From assembly GCA_964368605.1 (NCBI GenBank), contig CAYJBP010000005.1, forward strand, positions 1 to 46,312: a stretch of 46,312 nucleotides of DNA. Direction: 5' to 3'. Of the stretch, positions 9,876 through 17,598 are shown in pieces. Below the pieces are notes generated by a model that saw only the letters and a program-made list of their open reading frames with translations, was not told where the DNA came from and did no database searches. The position numbers and the translations under genes are program-made. Source of the stretch: an uncultured Peptococcaceae bacterium. GTDB lineage: Bacteria > Bacillota > Dehalobacteriia > UBA4068. Within the stretch, counting starts at the first letter, position 1, and every line of letters starts with the position of its first letter.

Positions 9876-11201
9876 CTAAAATTCCTGCATGGTTTTGGGC
9901 GACCAACCACAAACTCTATCGCCGCAAAACATGGCATTATTTTCCATGATAATTGAGCCATCCGGGCGTACCGAAGGGCCTAGGTTTTCGTCATGCGCCC
10001 AGCCGCCCGATAAGCCATCACGACCTAAGGCCGCCAATTCGCCTAAAACAGTGGCCATCGGAGCCAGCTCTATTAGCTGCGATACATCCCCGCAAGACAC
10101 AATGGCATTGCATTTTTCGTCTAAAGTAACCAAAGGCTGCGATTGACCATCACGGCCGGTACATTCATTGGTAATACCCACGGTTTTAATGCCGGCATCC
10201 TCCAAGGCCACATAGCAGGCGATAAAGTCGGCATCGGGATTGCCATAACCTTCTTCGGCCACAATGGCAGCATCGGCGCCCAAATTTTTGGCAATTTGAG
10301 CCACAAATTGCGCAGAACGTTCCTTTTGCTCTAAAGCAACATTTAAATTAGACATAATCACGCCTAAGAAATTGATAGTTTTACCATGCTCTTGATATAA
10401 AGCCTTGATATTAGGGCAGTTTTGCATATCATAAGTAGACCACTTAGACGAAACAGGCATAAAACTGCCCGAAATAATAGCACCATCCAAAATCTCGCTG
10501 GGCTCCATCAAGGTGGGCAGCATATGATTGGCATCCCAACCATAAACTAAATCATTATAGCCGCCTTCTTCCATTTGCGATTGCAATTGCATCACATATA
10601 AAACCGAAGGTAGTTTTGCTATATCAGCAGGCCTTTTGCTAATTGGAGCCAGCTCAAAAACTTCGCTGGACGATGCAGTTAAATCCTTAACTGCTCTACC
10701 GATAAATTCGGCTAATTTATGGCCGGCAACACGTAAGGCATCATTTTTTTTCTGCTGCTCACGATGTTCGAAATCTTCATTAGTATCGGCCACCAAAACA
10801 ATATTATTTAGCGAACCAAAAAGCGTATATTTTTGGCCTTCACCACTCATATCAATTAAGCCATCCTGAAAGCCGCCCCAATGCTGGCCAACCACCAAAA
10901 CACTGCAATTTTTTAGGGCATGAATCAGACCGCAACCAGCTTGGCTTAAATCGCCGCTATAACCGGGAAAAAGGCTGCGGCCATCAGGACGAATACGGGG
11001 CTCGATGGCCTCTTTAACCGGGCAAATTCTAATTTCGTCCCCGGGTTTAGCAATATATAGCTCGGCCTTAGTAATTCTTTGATCTTCCATAATAAAGTTT
11101 AGGGCTTCTTGCTTATTAATGGTTAAAAGCCCCTGTTCAAAAGACAATTGATCTCCAAAAATAATATCTTTAACAAAAAAATTAGCAATTTCTAATCTCA
11201 T
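9876..11201 (-). CDS. grdE: GrdE/GrdG/GrdI-family partner subunit (proprotein) of reductase component B
   Basis: 441 aa. N-terminus MRLEIANFFVKDIIFG...AKPGDEIRICPVKEAIEPRIRPDG is typical of GrdE-like proteins. It sits 9 nt upstream of grdB with AGGAGG before the ATG. Confidence 0.85.
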   Translation of the reverse strand: MRLEIANFFVKDIIFGDQLSFEQGLLTINKQEALNFIMEDQRITKAELYIAKPGDEIRICPVKEAIEPRIRPDGRSLFPGYSGDLSQAGCGLIHALKNCSVLVVGQHWGGFQDGLIDMSGEGQKYTLFGSLNNIVLVADTNEDFEHREQQKKNDALRVAGHKLAEFIGRAVKDLTASSSEVFELAPISKRPADIAKLPSVLYVMQLQSQMEEGGYNDLVYGWDANHMLPTLMEPSEILDGAIISGSFMPVSSKWSTYDMQNCPNIKALYQEHGKTINFLGVIMSNLNVALEQKERSAQFVAQIAKNLGADAAIVAEEGYGNPDADFIACYVALEDAGIKTVGITNECTGRDGQSQPLVTLDEKCNAIVSCGDVSQLIELAPMATVLGELAALGRDGLSGGWAHDENLGPSVRPDGSIIMENNAMFCGDRVCGWSPKTMQEF

Positions 11202-11219
11202 AAGTCATCCTCCTATTTT

Positions 11220-11269
11220 AATAAGCGCGCTTGCTATTATTTATGATTATAATAGCAAGCGCGCTTATT
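11220..11269. promoter_or_regulatory. Perfect 21-bp inverted repeat (8-nt spacer) overlapping the grdE promoter and leader; putative operator
   Basis: AATAAGCGCGCTTGCTATTAT (11220-11240) and ATAATAGCAAGCGCGCTTATT (11249-11269). Confidence 0.7.
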
Positions 11270-11274
11270 GTCAA
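11246..11274 (-). promoter_or_regulatory. Consensus sigma-A promoter of grdE-grdB
   Basis: Minus strand reads TTGACA, 17 nt, TATAAT (-35 at 11274-11269, -10 at 11251-11246). Confidence 0.7.
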
Positions 11275-11426
11275 GAGGTTAAGCAAAAAAATTTTTACAA
11301 TTTTTTTTATTTGTCCATTAATTGAAAATAATGATTTTGCTTTAAGCTTTGCGCCAATATATTGCTTGAATAAAACTGTGTTTTATGGTATATTTTTATT
11401 TAATAATCAGCATAAGGAGTAAAACT

Positions 11427-12098
11427 ATGCCGCAAAATAAGGACAATCATCAAACTAAGGCTGCTCAAAAAAACCAAGCCATGCGCCAATTTATTATTGT
11501 GGCTCGTAAAATAATTGATACCGAGGGTGTAGATGGTTTATCTGTACGCAAAATTGCCCAGCTATCCGGCTATCATAATTCTACAATATATGTGCATTTT
11601 AAAGATTTGGATCAACTGATTATGTTAGCATCTATGCAGTATTTTGATGCTTATAATCAGGCTTTAAGCATACAAAGTAGCCGACAGGTTAGCCCCTTAG
11701 AGAATTTTTTTACCATTTGGGAATTATTTATCGATATCTTATTAGATAAGCCTGATATTTGTTACAATTTTTTCTTTGGTGCAAATAGCGATAATTTGGA
11801 TGAGATTATTAGCTCCTATTATCAAATCTTCCCCGAGGAAAAAAAAGAGTTTTCGCCAACTATTAGCTCGATGTATTTTGGCAAAAGCTTATTAGATAGA
11901 AATATCCAATTGCAAAAATCTCTACTAAGCACTAATCCCCATCTTAGTGAGCAAAACATGTTCTTTTTAAGCGAACTATCAATTAGCTATTGTAAATATA
12001 AATTAGAACAAAAATTAGCTAATCCTAATTTAAATTGTAAAGACCTAAAACAAGAATTAATGGCTATGCTTCATTATCTATTCGATAATAATAGATAA
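11427..12098 (+). CDS. TetR/AcrR-family transcriptional regulator
   Basis: ATG at 11427 follows AAGGAG, so the track start at 11385 is probably too early. N-terminal HTH LSVRKIAQLSGYHNSTIYVHFKDLDQL. Divergent from grdE. Confidence 0.8.
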   Translation: MPQNKDNHQTKAAQKNQAMRQFIIVARKIIDTEGVDGLSVRKIAQLSGYHNSTIYVHFKDLDQLIMLASMQYFDAYNQALSIQSSRQVSPLENFFTIWELFIDILLDKPDICYNFFFGANSDNLDEIISSYYQIFPEEKKEFSPTISSMYFGKSLLDRNIQLQKSLLSTNPHLSEQNMFFLSELSISYCKYKLEQKLANPNLNCKDLKQELMAMLHYLFDNNR

Positions 12099-12160
12099 TA
12101 AACTAGGCTACTTGTTACAAATAAATTTTTTAATTTATTAAATTAAAATGTACAAATATA

Positions 12161-12204
12161 TTGACAATTTATGCTTAATAGTATATAATATCATTAAGCA
12201 TAAA
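12161..12204 (+). promoter_or_regulatory. Consensus promoter whose -10 box is bracketed by a 12-bp inverted repeat
   Basis: TTGACA (12161-12166), 17 nt, TATAAT (12184-12189). The repeat arms are TTTATGCTTAAT (12168-12179) and ATTAAGCATAAA (12193-12204). Confidence 0.7.
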
Positions 12205-12285
12205 TTTCGCATATAAATAAGCACTTTTTATCACATGTTTATGCAGGTACAAAATCCGTAAAATAAATCAATTTGGAGGTGCACT

Positions 12286-12849
12286 ATGAGAAGTATTACA
12301 ACATTAGATTTGCAATATGCACACAGATTTTATGGTTTTAAAGGCGAGGCGCAGTATTTACATGGCCATACCGGTATATTAACTATCGAGGTAGAGGGTG
12401 ATATTAATACCGGTGTAAATATGGTTTTTCCATGTAATGAAATTCAAAAAACAGCCTGGGATTTATTAAAGAACTTCGACCATGCCCTTATCTTAAGGGA
12501 AGACGACCCCCTACTACCGGCCATACTTAAAGTATATGAGGAAACCGGCATTAAAGATGGTACCCCTCAAAATCAAATGAAGGGGCCGGCCTTTAAAACC
12601 GAGCTTGCCACGGCCTACCCCGATTGCCGCCTGGTAGTAACCAAAGAAACAATGACCGTTGAAGGCATGATAAAAATTGTTTATGACCTATTAAAAGACA
12701 AATTAGACATAGCTAAGCTAACCTTTACCAGCGGTGTTAATGCTGCAAGCGCTGAATATAAAACCCAAAACGGTATCGATTTATGCCCATTATGCGGCAT
12801 TGCCCTCGATGCACAAGGGGTTTGCCCCAAATGCGGCTATAAAAAATAA
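12286..12849 (+). CDS. 6-pyruvoyl-tetrahydropterin synthase/QueD-family protein with a C-terminal zinc ribbon
   Basis: LHGHTGILTIEVEGD is a PTPS-type His motif. The C-terminus is CPLCGIALDAQGVCPKCGYKK. GGAGG lies before the ATG. Confidence 0.65.
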   Translation: MRSITTLDLQYAHRFYGFKGEAQYLHGHTGILTIEVEGDINTGVNMVFPCNEIQKTAWDLLKNFDHALILREDDPLLPAILKVYEETGIKDGTPQNQMKGPAFKTELATAYPDCRLVVTKETMTVEGMIKIVYDLLKDKLDIAKLTFTSGVNAASAEYKTQNGIDLCPLCGIALDAQGVCPKCGYKK

Positions 12850-12874
12850 TTAAATCATCTTTATATCTAAAATA

Positions 12875-12905
12875 AAAAACCGTCCCTTAGGGGCGGTTTT
12901 TTTAT
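12875..12905 (+). terminator. Rho-independent terminator
   Basis: AAAAACCGTCCC-TTA-GGGGCGGTTTTT followed by a T-run. Confidence 0.8.
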
Positions 12906-13045
12906 GCTTATATACTTTAGGCCTAAAACGAGCCGAGCCACAATGGCAATCCCCGCATCAATAATGGTAAGCATGGTGCAAGTTAGCTTAAGACAACCCA
13001 AATCCTTAAGCTATATCACGCAACCTTTCCACAAGAGATTTATCA

Positions 13046-13235
13046 CTCATTAACGCTATGAGCCGTGAAACTATCCTCAAACAGTATCTCGATACGGTGA
13101 AGAAAGACTATGACTTCATCTTGCTTGATACACAGCCGTCGCGGGTATGCTCACCGTCAATGCCCATGCTTGTGCAGACAGTGTTATTATTCCTGTGCAG
13201 GCACAATATCTCCCTGCAAAGGGATTAGAATTGAG
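13046..13235 (+). pseudogene. Internal fragment of a ParA/Soj-type ATPase (conjugative-element type), frameshifted
   Basis: Reads NAMSRETILKQYLDTVKKDYDFILLDTQPS. After a frame change near 13140 it continues GMLTVNAHACADSVIIPVQAQYLPAKGLE. There is no Walker A, no start codon and no C-terminus. Confidence 0.6.
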
Positions 13236-13353
13236 CCTGTACAGAGCGGTATTTCACCGTAAGAGCGACCAATGCCACCGCTAGAGCGAATGTTGGCGCA
13301 TTCGTCCGCAATGACCACGCATAAGCAATAATGATACTTCGTATGTTACGCCC

Positions 13354-13464
13354 TCAAGTCGATAGAAACAGAGGGAGTTGCAAAGTAATTATATCGGTTT
13401 TTAAAGCTAAGGCGATGCCGTCGCATAGGGTGATATCATCTTCTATTATCAGAATATTAATCAT
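13354..13464 (-). pseudogene. 36-codon stub of an OmpR-type response-regulator receiver domain
   Basis: MINILIIEDDITLCDGIALALKTDIITLQLPLFLST followed by a stop. The receiver-domain N-terminus is present but truncated. Confidence 0.5.
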
Positions 13465-13612
13465 AAAAACTACCGCCTGAGCCATTTTTAATTTAATTCT
13501 GTCATAAAAATTCTTGGTCGATTTTGGGGCGGGGGAATCTTTGGCTTATCACTGTCATAAGGGAAGCCTGGCAAAAGAATCGGCATTTTAGGCCTTAAAT
13601 CTTTTTGCTAAA

Positions 13613-14377
13613 TTACTCATTTTTACAATATACTTCCGGCAATCGCATTTTTAACCAGGGGATAAGATCCCTACCCTTTTTTACTTCGTTTAAATCCAGC
13701 TCGGCAGTAATAAAATCCTCGTCAGCCAAATCGGATTGGGCCATGATTTCACCCAAAGGATTGCAAATAAGGCTATTACCGCAAAATGGCAAACTGCCTT
13801 TTGCTCTATTTGCCGAGACCAGAAAAAGCTGGTTTTCGCAGGCTCGAGCTGCTGATACCAATTTAAACATATCTTGATAAGGACTAAACCAAGCAGATGT
13901 ACTCAAAATCAAATCGCATCCACGTAAGGCCAAGATTCTGGCTAATTCGGCAAAGCCCAAATCGGCACAAATGATAAAACCAATTTTCCAGCCCTTATAT
14001 TCTATAAGCTGTATACAGCTACCATGTGCAAAAAAGTCTCTTTCTGTATCAAACAGATGGATTTTTTTATACTCTGCCAATAGATTACCACTGCAATTAA
14101 ATAAGCCTGAGGCATCATAATACTTATCATCCTCTTTTATGCTATATCCTGCATAGATTGCTTGATTATAGGCTTTAGCCATATTAGCAAAAAATTCCCT
14201 TTCATCTACTGGGGCTAGCTTAGCGACCTCATAATCATATCCGGTAATAGATAATTCGGGAAAGCAAAGAATATCCACCTTTTCATCAACCTTATCTTGT
14301 AAAAATGCTTCTATTTTTGCCATGTTTTCCTTGTATGCGCCTTCTGTAAAACTTAATTGACAAATACCTATTTTCAT
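13613..14377 (-). CDS. Carbon-nitrogen hydrolase (nitrilase superfamily)
   Basis: ATG at 14377 follows AGAGAGG, so the track start at 14419 is probably too early. The Glu-Lys-Cys triad contexts are CFPELSITGYD, YKKIHLFD and FIICADLGF. Confidence 0.85.
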   Translation of the reverse strand: MKIGICQLSFTEGAYKENMAKIEAFLQDKVDEKVDILCFPELSITGYDYEVAKLAPVDEREFFANMAKAYNQAIYAGYSIKEDDKYYDASGLFNCSGNLLAEYKKIHLFDTERDFFAHGSCIQLIEYKGWKIGFIICADLGFAELARILALRGCDLILSTSAWFSPYQDMFKLVSAARACENQLFLVSANRAKGSLPFCGNSLICNPLGEIMAQSDLADEDFITAELDLNEVKKGRDLIPWLKMRLPEVYCKNE

Positions 14378-14406
14378 AGTAATACCTCTCTTTATTTTTT
14401 TAGGAG

Positions 14407-14442
14407 ATATAATAATCACTTGATGATTATTATATCATAAAT
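14407..14442. repeat. Copy 1 of a perfect 36-bp direct repeat (palindrome plus an extended -10 on the minus strand)
   Basis: ATATAATAATCACTTGATGATTATTATATCATAAAT. It contains ATAATAATCA/TGATTATTAT arms. On the minus strand it reads TGATATAAT, 30-65 nt upstream of the hydrolase ATG. Confidence 0.85.
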
Positions 14443-14556
14443 ATGGTGCAAAACTAAGTTATACAGTAAAGTATCTGCATATTTATGATATAATCCTGCC
14501 ATAAAAAATTCTTGGCCATTCTTTGGCCGAGAATTTCCGGCGTATTAAATAAAGCT

Positions 14557-14592
14557 ATATAATAATCACTTGATGATTATTATATCATAAAT
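14557..14592. repeat. Copy 2 of the 36-bp direct repeat
   Basis: Identical 36-mer located 150 bp to the right of copy 1. Confidence 0.85.
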
Positions 14593-14773
14593 TTGCCACA
14601 AAGCAAATAATAGCCGTAAAATAGCAATTACTATAAAAACAGAAAATTAAACAGCTGTATGTAAAAGTATACTTTAATTAGCTTTTTCGTATCCAAAAAC
14701 AATCATTTTTTGTCGACGTACTTCTTTTAACAGACAATTTTGCCCAAACAAGTCAATCAGCAAAATTATACAT

Positions 14774-14802
14774 TATTTTTGTCATACAAAATGACAAAAA
14801 TA
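14774..14802. promoter_or_regulatory. Perfect 12-bp inverted repeat with a 5-nt spacer
   Basis: TATTTTTGTCAT-ACAAA-ATGACAAAAATA, inside a 630-bp AT-rich non-coding stretch. Confidence 0.5.
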
Positions 14803-14959
14803 GATAAACACCTTTTAAAATACTATTCAACAAAAAGCATTCTTATTATAAAAAAACATAATTATGCATATAAATTCATCGAATATACGTTCAACCCCTA
14901 ATTTAATTAGAATTTTTAGACAAATTAGCAAAACTGATTAACTTATGGTAACAAAAAAT

Positions 14960-14988
14960 TTGCTTTTATTGGCTAATGGCCTTATAAT
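14960..14988 (+). promoter_or_regulatory. Sigma-A-type promoter for the 15047 gene
   Basis: TTGCTT, 17 nt, TATAAT. A second TATAAT lies at 14994-14999. Confidence 0.55.
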
Positions 14989-15046
14989 CTACCTATAATC
15001 AATATATTAAAGTGCTATTGATTAAAAATTTACAAGGAGGCATATT

Positions 15047-16123
15047 ATGGATATTACTTTTGGTATTGAAATGCGTGATGAGTATAAGCGCTTGGAGGTT
15101 GCTAAGGGGGCTTTAAAATTTGTACGGGATTTTATGTTGGTTAAACCCGGCGAAAATGTTGTTATTAATTATGATACCTGCATAGATGAAAGGGTAGTAA
15201 GATCTATTGCCGATGCTGTTTATGCAATTGATGCAGTGCCGGTAGTTATTTATACCCCCACCAGCGACAGTTTTTATGCAGACAATATTCCTCCGGCACC
15301 TTTGGCTGCGGCTGTATGTGCTGCCGATGTATGGATAGAGTTGGCTTATGCACCAATAATGCATGGCGAGGCTTATCGGCAGGCGGTAGACGTAAATGGA
15401 GCACGCTATATTTGCGCTACCGGCTTAGACGCCGAAATGCTGGTTAACTTAATCACTAAAGTAAATATAGATAAAGTTATTGAACTTGGCGAGTATTTTT
15501 GTAAGCGCCTAGAGGCTGCTGATCAAATTATTATTAAGTCGGAGCAAGGCACCAATTTAACTGCTAGCATGAAAGGCCGCAAAGTGCGCCATTCGGGCGT
15601 TAAGGCAAAAGAAAAAGGCTATCCGGTAATGATGCCCGGCCAAACCAGCTGGTGTCCAATCGAAGAAACTATTAACGGCACTTTAGCCTTTGATGGCACA
15701 ATTTTTCCGCCGGAAAATATTGGTAAATTAAGCCAGCCGATTATCCTTCATATTAAAGATGGTCGTGTTGTAGATATCACCGGTGATGGCAATGAAGCCA
15801 AAATTGTCAAAAACTGGTTTGCCTCATTTAATGACCCTGATCTTTATCGTTTAGCTCATTATTCCATGGGCTTTAATCCTGGGGTTACTAAAATAACCGG
15901 CCGTATAGTTGAAGACGAAAGAGTTTTTGCCTGCATGGAGTTTGGTATTGGCTCTCAGGGAGTTAAAATTGGCGGCTCGCATTGGAATGCAGCTTCGCAT
16001 ACCGATGGCATAGTGCTTTATCCTACCATCATTTTAGATGGTCAGGTTTTTGAGCAGGATGGCGTTTATTTAGACGAACATGCCCGCAAATTATGCAATG
16101 AATTAAATATCCCCGGTTATTAA
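15047..16123 (+). CDS. NicX / peptidase-M29 (aminopeptidase T)-like metalloenzyme, paralog 1
   Basis: 358 aa, AAGGAGG before the ATG. Conserved blocks are RLAHYSMGFNPG, GRIVEDERVF and NAASHTDGIVL (His...His-x-Asp metal-ligand pattern). More than half the residues match the 24877 gene by eye. Confidence 0.7.
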   Translation: MDITFGIEMRDEYKRLEVAKGALKFVRDFMLVKPGENVVINYDTCIDERVVRSIADAVYAIDAVPVVIYTPTSDSFYADNIPPAPLAAAVCAADVWIELAYAPIMHGEAYRQAVDVNGARYICATGLDAEMLVNLITKVNIDKVIELGEYFCKRLEAADQIIIKSEQGTNLTASMKGRKVRHSGVKAKEKGYPVMMPGQTSWCPIEETINGTLAFDGTIFPPENIGKLSQPIILHIKDGRVVDITGDGNEAKIVKNWFASFNDPDLYRLAHYSMGFNPGVTKITGRIVEDERVFACMEFGIGSQGVKIGGSHWNAASHTDGIVLYPTIILDGQVFEQDGVYLDEHARKLCNELNIPGY

Positions 16124-16134
16124 AAATCTTCCTC

Positions 16135-16165
16135 GAGGTTCTGCCTGCTCTTTAAGCAGAACCTC
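16135..16165 (+). other. Intercistronic stem-loop
   Basis: GAGGTTCTGC / GCAGAACCTC forms a 10-bp perfect stem with an 11-nt loop. It is followed by a C-run, not a U-run. Confidence 0.5.
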
Positions 16166-16200
16166 ATCCCCCCCCATAAAATGCAGAAAGCAGGTGAGGT

Positions 16201-17598
16201 ATGCTCGATCAATTAAATAATCTAATTGACAATTATCGAGATGATATTATTCGTGATACCAGACGTTTATTGGCTTTTAACAGTGAATATCAACAAAGTG
16301 ATATTGAGGGACAGCCCTTTGGTCCTAAAATTGCCGAAGCCTTGGAAGATACTTTGCTTTTAGCACGCGAGCTTGGCTTTAGCACCAATAATGTTGATGG
16401 TTATATGGGCGAAATTGATTTTGGTAGCGAAGGCAAAAAAATAGGCGTTATTGCCCATATCGATATTGTGCCGGCAGGCGATGGCTGGCTGCACCCACCC
16501 TTTGCAGGGGTAATTGATGACGGCAAGCTTTATGGACGTGGCTCGATAGATGATAAAGGCCCTTTGGTTGCCTGCCTATACGCAATTAAAGCCATTAAGG
16601 AAAGCGGCTTGCCTTTAAGTAATCATCTACGCTATTTAATCGGCTGCGATGAAGAAAGCGGTTTTCGCTGCATTAAGTACTATTTGCAAAAAAAAGAACA
16701 ACCCTGGGGCGGCTTTTCCCCCGATGGCGAATTCCCTGTTATCTATGCCGAAAAAGGCATTTACCGCTTTAATTGCCAGATCAAATGGCAAGCAGCAGAG
16801 CATGGCTTGCAGATTATCAGTATTAATGGCGGCAGCAGATTAAATGTTGTGCCGGAAACAGCCCAAGCAACCTTGGCCGCCACTGCCGATATGTTTGAAC
16901 AAGTTAAACAAAAACTAAGCCAATTTGCCGAACAAGACAAAATTAAGCTTAGCTTTGACGATAATATTATAACTGTTCTAGCTCAAGGTATAAGCGCTCA
17001 TTCGGCCATGCCTTGGCAGGGTTTAAATGCTAATAATATTCTATTATGTTTTTTAAGCAGCCTCGATCTTAATCCCTTATCTGTTGATAGTACGATTAAG
17101 GATTTGGCAAAATTATTTGCCGATGGCTATTTAGGGCAAGGCTTAGGCATAGATTCAGAACATCAAGAATTTGGGCCACTAACCTTGTCAATGGGCATAT
17201 TAGCAGCAGATAGCCAAGGATTACGTGCCGATTTCGATTTGCGCTATCCCAATTTGGATCAGCGCCTGGCAATTTGGCAGCAAATAGAACAAACTTGCCA
17301 AGAGCATGGTTTTAGCATCGAACAAATGCAAGATAAACCCGGTTTGCATATAGCCAAAGATTCTAAGCTAATCCAAACCCTATTAACTGCCTATCAGGAA
17401 GTTAGTGGCCATGATCATCAGCCGGTGGCCATCGGCGGCGGCACTTATTGCCGAGCTTTAGAGAACTTTGTAGCCTTTGGCCCATTATTCCCCGGCCAAA
17501 AAGAACTAGCTCATGAGCGCAACGAGTTTATCGCTGTTGATGATTTAATTTTAGGTGCTAAAATATATGCCCAGGCCTTATATCAGCTTTTAGCCTAA
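16201..17598 (+). CDS. pepV: M20-family dipeptidase (PepV/Sapep-like)
   Basis: 465 aa with AHIDIVPAGDGWLHPPF, GRGSIDDKGP and CDEESG motifs. Confidence 0.8.
   Translation: MLDQLNNLIDNYRDDIIRDTRRLLAFNSEYQQSDIEGQPFGPKIAEALEDTLLLARELGFSTNNVDGYMGEIDFGSEGKKIGVIAHIDIVPAGDGWLHPPFAGVIDDGKLYGRGSIDDKGPLVACLYAIKAIKESGLPLSNHLRYLIGCDEESGFRCIKYYLQKKEQPWGGFSPDGEFPVIYAEKGIYRFNCQIKWQAAEHGLQIISINGGSRLNVVPETAQATLAATADMFEQVKQKLSQFAEQDKIKLSFDDNIITVLAQGISAHSAMPWQGLNANNILLCFLSSLDLNPLSVDSTIKDLAKLFADGYLGQGLGIDSEHQEFGPLTLSMGILAADSQGLRADFDLRYPNLDQRLAIWQQIEQTCQEHGFSIEQMQDKPGLHIAKDSKLIQTLLTAYQEVSGHDHQPVAIGGGTYCRALENFVAFGPLFPGQKELAHERNEFIAVDDLILGAKIYAQALYQLLA

Noticed and set aside
11202-11274. Glycine riboswitch or another leader RNA in front of grdE.
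   Set aside because: The consensus promoter sits only ~40 nt from the SD, which leaves no room for an aptamer.
11231-11422. 63-aa plus-strand ORF in the grdE/TetR intergenic region.
   Set aside because: It spans the 21-bp inverted repeat and the promoter, is hydrophobic/AT-driven, and has no SD. The region is better explained as regulatory DNA.
13605-13877. 90-aa plus-strand ORF.
   Set aside because: It is antisense to the well-supported C-N hydrolase gene.
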